Shown here in pieces: positions 7,080 through 11,844 of a DNA stretch of 11,844 nt. The stretch is from positions 1-11,844 of the forward strand of contig DAIDHG010000027.1 of the NCBI GenBank assembly GCA_027452085.1, in the 5' to 3' direction. The translations under genes were made by a program, and so were the position numbers. The number at the start of each line of letters is the position of its first letter. The first letter of the stretch is position 1. The stretch is from a bacterium (GTDB lineage Bacteria; Babelota; Babeliae; Babelales; JABCYS01). The notes beneath the pieces were generated by a model. It was not told the origin of the DNA. It worked only from the letters and a program-made list of their open reading frames with translations, and did not search any database.

Positions 7080-8126
7080 GTGACTACTAATTCGCTAGAT
7101 ACTCAGATTGCCTCAATACAAACCCAGTGCCTTACCGCCATCGAGCAAGCACACACCACGCAACAGTTGGAATCAGCACGCGTAACCTTCCTTGGGCGCC
7201 AGGGCGAGATCGCCAAGCTTATGGATGCGCTTAAAGGCATGAGCGTTGAGCAAAAAAAAGAGTTTGGCCCAAAGCTTAATACGCTCAAGCAGAACTGCCA
7301 GGCAGCCTTTGATGAAAAACAGAGTGGCATCGATCAAAAGCAGCTTTTGGCGGCAGCGCAACGTGAGCAAAACTTTGATGTAAGTGCCTATATTCCCAAT
7401 CAACTGACCGGCACTATTCACCCGTACACACAAATTATTGAACATATCGAAAACATCTTCAATTCAATGGGCTTTACGATCACTGACGGCCCTGAGATTG
7501 AGACCGATTTTTATAATTTTACGGCATTAAACATACCACCTGACCACCCTGCTCGAGATTTGCATGATACCTTCTGGCTGGCTCATGAAAAAAATTTATT
7601 ACTGCGCACTCACACCTCAACGGCCCAAATTCGTGCCATGCAAACACAAAAGCCGCCAATTGCGCTGTGCGTAAATGGTCGTGTGTATCGCCATGAGGCT
7701 ACCGATGCCACCCATGATTTTCAGTTCATGCAAACAGAATGCATGGTTATTGATAAGGGGATTTCTATGGCCAACCTCTTGGCTGGCACCCAATCAATTT
7801 TGCGCGCTCTATTTGAGCAAAGTAATTTAGAAATTCGTGTCCGACCAGGATATTTTCCCTTTGTCGAGCCAGGCATTGAAGTTGATATTACCTGCCCATT
7901 TTGCCAGGGCAAAGGGTGCTCAACCTGCAAACGCACCGGTTGGATTGAAGCAGGCGGCGCGGGATTAATTCATCCCAATGTATTAAAAAGTGGTGGCATT
8001 GATCCAAATATTTATAGTGGATGGGCGCTTGGTTTTGGATTAACTCGTTTGGTCATGTTGAAATATGGCATACCAGATATACGGCTGCTGCACGGCAATT
8101 CATTGAACTTTTTAAAGCAATTCTAG
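7080..8126 (+). CDS. pheS: Phenylalanine--tRNA ligase alpha subunit
   Basis: N-terminal coiled coil (LESARVTFLGRQG), GTIHP, GPEIETDFYNFTALNIPPDHPARDLHDTFW, LLRTHTS, GRVYRHE, RPGYFPFVEP, GWIEAGGAGLIHPNVL, GFGLTRLVMLKYGIPDIR. Start placed at in-frame GTG 7080 (348 aa, typical length) rather than 6987. Confidence 0.97.
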   Translation: MTTNSLDTQIASIQTQCLTAIEQAHTTQQLESARVTFLGRQGEIAKLMDALKGMSVEQKKEFGPKLNTLKQNCQAAFDEKQSGIDQKQLLAAAQREQNFDVSAYIPNQLTGTIHPYTQIIEHIENIFNSMGFTITDGPEIETDFYNFTALNIPPDHPARDLHDTFWLAHEKNLLLRTHTSTAQIRAMQTQKPPIALCVNGRVYRHEATDATHDFQFMQTECMVIDKGISMANLLAGTQSILRALFEQSNLEIRVRPGYFPFVEPGIEVDITCPFCQGKGCSTCKRTGWIEAGGAGLIHPNVLKSGGIDPNIYSGWALGFGLTRLVMLKYGIPDIRLLHGNSLNFLKQF

Positions 8127-8198
8127 CTGCGCAAACGTATCGTATTGCACAAGATTGCCAGCACCAATTACATAATGGGATGCATTGTTAGATGCTAC

Positions 8199-8227
8199 TT
8201 GCCCTTCATTACAATGTGCGATAGTAT
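8199..8227 (+). promoter_or_regulatory. Putative sigma70 promoter for the galU-like gene
   Basis: TTGCCC (8199-8204), 17 nt spacer, TAGTAT (8222-8227). Confidence 0.4.
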
Positions 8228-8271
8228 CCTTCTGCATGAAATACATCGGTATTCACTGCAATGCGAAAGTA

Positions 8272-9195
8272 ATGATGGATATTATTAAAACGATTATCCC
8301 TGCCGCAGGCTTAGGTACACGCTTTCTTCCCTATTCAGCGCTTGTTCCTCAAGAGCTTTTGCCAATCCTCAATAAGCCTGCACTTCAATATGTTGTGGAA
8401 GAATCTATACAGTCTGGCACACCCCACATCATACTCATTACGACCAAAGGGAAGGAGAAATGTGCAGAGTTATTTTCCCCATCAGCCGAATTACAAATGT
8501 TGCTGGAAGAGCGTGGTAAACAATGCATGCTTGCAGATTTACAAAAAATCGCACGCTCGGCCCAGGTTACCTATCTGAATCAGCCAGAACCGCTTGGTCT
8601 TGGCCACGCCATTTATATGGCTCGGCATATCATTCATAAAGAATATTTCGCCGTAGCATTGCCTGATGATCTGATTATCCCCCATCGTGGTGAAATGCCC
8701 GCCCTTGCTCAAATGATTCGTATTGCCCGACAAGAAAATGCTTCAGTCGTTGCCGTGCAAGAGGTGCCGGAATCTGAAATTTCAAACTATGGCTGTGTTG
8801 GCATCAAAAAAACATTGGCTAATGGGTTGGTTCATATCTCAAACTTAGTTGAAAAACCAGATGCAAAATCTGCTCCATCAAATTTGGCCATTGTTGGCAG
8901 ATATGTGCTCGCACCAAAGATATTTAAATCACTCGCTGATGTTGGCGGCTATGCAACAGGTGAATTGCAACTCACCGATGCCATTGCCCACATGCTCAAA
9001 CATACCAACGAAAAGGTGGTCGGCTACAAGATACAAGGCACGCGCTACGACATTGGCACCCCAGGCGGTTGGATCAAAGCCGTTTTGGGAATGGGTATCC
9101 AAGATCCCGTGCTTGGGCCGCACATTCAACAATTTATGCAAACACACTCATTTATTAATAAAACAACTACTGCTACTTTTGTAAAAAAGCAATAA
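8272..9195 (+). CDS. galU: UTP--glucose-1-phosphate uridylyltransferase family protein (GalU/GalF-like) with an altered N-terminal motif
   Basis: IIPAAGLGTRFLP, KPALQYVVEE, QPEPLGLGHAI, LPDD, YG, VEKP..APSNLAIVGRY, GELQLTDAI, RYDIG. Homology begins at ATG 8272/8275. Confidence 0.88.
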   Translation: MMDIIKTIIPAAGLGTRFLPYSALVPQELLPILNKPALQYVVEESIQSGTPHIILITTKGKEKCAELFSPSAELQMLLEERGKQCMLADLQKIARSAQVTYLNQPEPLGLGHAIYMARHIIHKEYFAVALPDDLIIPHRGEMPALAQMIRIARQENASVVAVQEVPESEISNYGCVGIKKTLANGLVHISNLVEKPDAKSAPSNLAIVGRYVLAPKIFKSLADVGGYATGELQLTDAIAHMLKHTNEKVVGYKIQGTRYDIGTPGGWIKAVLGMGIQDPVLGPHIQQFMQTHSFINKTTTATFVKKQ

Positions 9196-9320
9196 CTTCT
9201 CATTCATTATCCAATAAGAATATGTAGCAACATCAGACTTCACTTATTTTTTGCTTACCTGCCAACAATAAACCAAACAGCGTTCATTAAAGCATTTCTT
9301 AATATCAATACCCACACATA

Positions 9321-9350
9321 TTGCTATCTGAAATCCAATTTGTATATGCT
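9321..9350 (+). promoter_or_regulatory. Putative sigma70 promoter for the two small Cys-containing ORFs
   Basis: TTGCTA (9321-9326), 18 nt spacer, TATGCT (9345-9350). SD AAGGAG lies before ATG 9404. Confidence 0.35.
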
Positions 9351-9403
9351 TAATCATGAATAAAGTAGCTTGATACAAGCAAAAACTACTTCAAGGAGAG
9401 ACC

Positions 9404-9649
9404 ATGAATAATCTCGTTACATTATTCTCACTATTATGTATCCCTGCAGCGATGCAGGCATGCCCAACCTGTTATAGCGCTTTGACCGAACAGTCTCCCC
9501 CATTCTTCAGCCAAGAGGCATACAAACCATTTACCACCGCGTCCAACGAAACGGTTCAGCAACAAGCAGAAAAATCAGACGTTACTAAAAAGATCAGGGA
9601 TGTAGCTCATGAAGAACAAAATAGTATTAGTGCTGTGCAGCCTCAATAG
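9404..9649 (+). CDS. Small secreted hypothetical protein, mature N-terminus CPTC
   Basis: Strong SD AAGGAGAG. Signal peptide MNNLVTLFSLLCIPAAMQA followed by CPTCY..PPFFS. Confidence 0.78.
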   Translation: MNNLVTLFSLLCIPAAMQACPTCYSALTEQSPPFFSQEAYKPFTTASNETVQQQAEKSDVTKKIRDVAHEEQNSISAVQPQ

Positions 9650-9971
9650 CTCGCTCAGTTTTGCAGCAATCGGCTGTATTGACCGCACCTATCATGGATC
9701 AAAAGATGTTTTTTATCATCAAATCGATCCCAGTTTGCGCGACACCATGAATTTATACCGCGACGAACTGGATTATCCAAATGATCCAAAAGTATGGCAC
9801 AGTGTTTCATGCACCTGCCATTGCAACAAATATTTGGCGAGCTATCACAGCAATAAAATTGATGCCGGTGGCTTATGCCCGCAATGTGGTCATCGCGGAA
9901 ACGTTGGTAGATCTAACCAAGAGAAAAATCAATTTCCGCTACAACAGATTTCTACAGTTCAGGCTGGCTAA
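9609..9971 (+). CDS. Secreted Cys/His-rich hypothetical protein
   Basis: SD AGGGA upstream. Signal peptide MKNKIVLVLCSLNSSLSFA. Motifs GC, HSVSCTCHC and CPQCGH. Confidence 0.78.
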   Translation: MKNKIVLVLCSLNSSLSFAAIGCIDRTYHGSKDVFYHQIDPSLRDTMNLYRDELDYPNDPKVWHSVSCTCHCNKYLASYHSNKIDAGGLCPQCGHRGNVGRSNQEKNQFPLQQISTVQAG

Positions 9972-10545
9972 CCTTACGCCCATACGGCATTTCAAATTCA
10001 TGTTCGATGAATTGCTGCTTAACTGGGGGTTTCGTGTGAAGCGCAATTTTAGGCTGTGGCTCAGCGGTAAAGCTGAGCGTGCGCCCGTCTTCAGATAAGA
10101 AAAGATCAATGTATGAAGAACCTTTTACCGCAACCGACTGAACAACATCGGGAAAATCGTCGTTGGCGGTGCCACACTTTTCATTGGCAATGATTGAACA
10201 GTTTTCGCGCTTTTTCAGCTTTATTGCATGCCTATCAATCAGCAAACAATATTTACGGCACGATACACCATCCACATGTTCCCGCACCATAATATATTTA
10301 TAGGCACCCGCGCCCCAGTTGGTAAGGACACGAGTAGGCTTATCCTCGTGATATTTCTTTGGCTTGATAGCCCAGCCATATCCTTCACTTGAGACATATC
10401 GTTGAGCACCAATTAATTTTTTTGGCTGCTCAACATCCATGACGATAATATCGGCATTCGTTGAGTTGTTGCTTATACTCCGAATGATAGCACCTGCCTG
10501 CAACGATCCTGTCAGACCAAACATGATAAGCATTAACTTCTTCAT
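9952..10545 (-). CDS. Secreted hypothetical protein (~197 aa)
   Basis: SD AAGGGGAG before ATG 10545. Signal peptide MKKLMLIMFGLTGSLQA. No recognised domain. Confidence 0.75.
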   Translation of the reverse strand: MKKLMLIMFGLTGSLQAGAIIRSISNNSTNADIIVMDVEQPKKLIGAQRYVSSEGYGWAIKPKKYHEDKPTRVLTNWGAGAYKYIMVREHVDGVSCRKYCLLIDRHAIKLKKRENCSIIANEKCGTANDDFPDVVQSVAVKGSSYIDLFLSEDGRTLSFTAEPQPKIALHTKPPVKQQFIEHEFEMPYGRKVSQPEL

Positions 10546-10561
10546 ACAAACTCCCCTTTTT

Positions 10562-11347
10562 TTAAACACAATCTACTTTTTTTCGAAAGAAATAGAGCGC
10601 AAGCATCGAACATAGCACACCGGCAATGGCAAGCATCACGGCACAGCGACCCACGCCAAAAAATTCCGGCATACCAAGCAATGCACTGCGCAAACCTTCG
10701 GTGATATATAAAACTGGATTGAACAAAGTGATCATGCCCAGCTTTGAAGAATAGGCATTCATAACACGCCAGGGTATCAAAAAGCCGCCGAGCATCACCA
10801 TCGGATAATTAATACGTCGCCAAAAATGACGAATACTTTTGCGTGATTGCGTAACACAGGTCAATAGCATTTGCATCGATGCCATAAAGAACGCTGCTAA
10901 AAGCAAAATCAGGTATGCCCCAACAAGGTTGGCCTTTGATAGATCAAAATCGTTATAAAAAATAAGTTTGAGCGTGGGAATATATAAGGCAGCGCTACAA
11001 AAATTGAAGAAAGTATTGAAAAATATTTTCTGGGCAAGAATTGCAGTCGGCGGCACGAGCGTGAGTTGAAAATCAATCAGACGATCACGTTCGAAATCAA
11101 GCAGAAATTCGGCATTTGTGCTAAATGAGATGACCGACAACGCATAGAGAATAGGGCCAATTAAAAATACTGGCACATCCATAGTTGCCTGGGAACTCAA
11201 CCCAATCTTTGGCAATAAATACCCAAAACACAAGCCATACATTACCGCATATTGCACTGAAAATGAGAGGATAAAAACAGGCAAGCGAGATGCATATACC
11301 TTTACATCGCGCTGAAAAAAAGCGTACATAACAGATAATGAATGCAT
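10562..11347 (-). CDS. ABC-2 type transporter permease
   Basis: About six hydrophobic segments; FQRDVKV near the N-terminus, a DFERDRLIDFQLTLVP loop, PMVMLGGFLIPW, and FNPVLYITEGLRSALLG. SD GGAGGT before ATG 11347. Confidence 0.88.
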   Translation of the reverse strand: MHSLSVMYAFFQRDVKVYASRLPVFILSFSVQYAVMYGLCFGYLLPKIGLSSQATMDVPVFLIGPILYALSVISFSTNAEFLLDFERDRLIDFQLTLVPPTAILAQKIFFNTFFNFCSAALYIPTLKLIFYNDFDLSKANLVGAYLILLLAAFFMASMQMLLTCVTQSRKSIRHFWRRINYPMVMLGGFLIPWRVMNAYSSKLGMITLFNPVLYITEGLRSALLGMPEFFGVGRCAVMLAIAGVLCSMLALYFFRKKVDCV

Positions 11348-11351
11348 ACTA

Positions 11352-11844
11352 CTACCTCCAGACCGGATCAAAACGTTTGCGCAACGAGTGCACCAGTAAA
11401 ATGCTCATTGCCACACAATACACCGTCAGCTGAGCAATGCAGACACCTGCTGATAAAAATGTTGGCCCACCGATCAATGATGAGCGCATCCCCTCAACAA
11501 TGGCGGTCGTGGGCAAAAAACGCATAAAAACGCTCAACCAAGGAGCCACATGCGTGACACTTTTAAAGGGATAATAGAGTGATCCTAAAAGAGTCATAGG
11601 CAATAATACATATGGCCAGGTGCGATAAGAAAACCACTGCAAAGGCTTGGCAAGCGCGACGGTGAAGAGCAGCAATGAGACAAAGATCATGCCCAACAGT
11701 GCAACAATGGTAAAGAGAAACCAATTACCACGATCAAAGTGAAGCAACGGACCATATAAAAAATAAGACATGATAAAAACCGGGGCTGCTGAAATTATTA
11801 AATCAATGATATAGCTCACCATATATTTAATGGCCAGCATCCAT
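11352..11844 (-). CDS. ABC-2 type transporter permease (5'-truncated by the window edge)
   Basis: Hydrophobic, with PMTLLGSLYYPF and FLPTTAIVEGMRSSLIG paralleling the adjacent permease. The frame is open to the window end. Confidence 0.85.
   Translation of the reverse strand, partial: WMLAIKYMVSYIIDLIISAAPVFIMSYFLYGPLLHFDRGNWFLFTIVALLGMIFVSLLLFTVALAKPLQWFSYRTWPYVLLPMTLLGSLYYPFKSVTHVAPWLSVFMRFLPTTAIVEGMRSSLIGGPTFLSAGVCIAQLTVYCVAMSILLVHSLRKRFDPVWR

Noticed and set aside
8185..8271. N-terminal extension of GalU from TTG 8185
   Set aside because: Family similarity starts at ATG 8272/8275, and the region contains a plausible promoter.
9363..9391. preQ1-I riboswitch (A-rich AAAAACTA tail)
   Set aside because: The hairpin loop is only 3 nt and lacks the conserved loop sequence, and there is no queuosine gene downstream.
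9878..9895. c-type cytochrome heme motif
   Set aside because: The sequence is CPQCGH, not CxxCH.
11..11527. Remaining short ORFs in the track (e.g. 11-208, 684-1016, 3087-3362, 4027-4353, 5660-5926, 8849-9184, 9781-10098, 11342-11527)
   Set aside because: They are nested in or antisense to well-supported genes, with no recognisable motif.
1..11844. CRISPR array, IS elements, rRNA
   Set aside because: No regularly spaced repeats, terminal inverted repeats with a transposase, or rRNA-like sequence were seen.

Overview
Bacterial chromosomal window, mostly housekeeping genes with accessory genes in between. In order: the 3' part of dnaE (DNA polymerase III alpha, no intein); a small secreted CxxC protein abutting, in frame, a 790-aa three-domain multicopper oxidase; a convergent toxin-first type II toxin-antitoxin pair (RelE/HigB-like toxin plus HTH antitoxin); an all-helical hypothetical protein; tRNA-Phe(GAA) head-to-head with pheS (no pheT follows); a galU-family gene; three small signal-peptide, Cys-containing orphans; and two tandem ABC-2 permeases, the second truncated. 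The gene style (many MKK-type secreted orphans, tandem ABC-2 permeases, stand-alone pheS) is reminiscent of Dependentiae/Babelota (TM6), which is inference only. Most notable observations: (1) tRNA-Phe and pheS appear to use back-to-back sigma70 promoters sharing one near-palindromic -35 (TTGTCAA/TTGACAA); (2) the tRNA-Phe has G37 instead of the usual bacterial A37; (3) the GalU homolog has Gln in place of the conserved Lys of the PKE motif; (4) the Sec-type multicopper oxidase is coupled to a small CxxC partner. No CRISPR array, integrase or transposase was seen.
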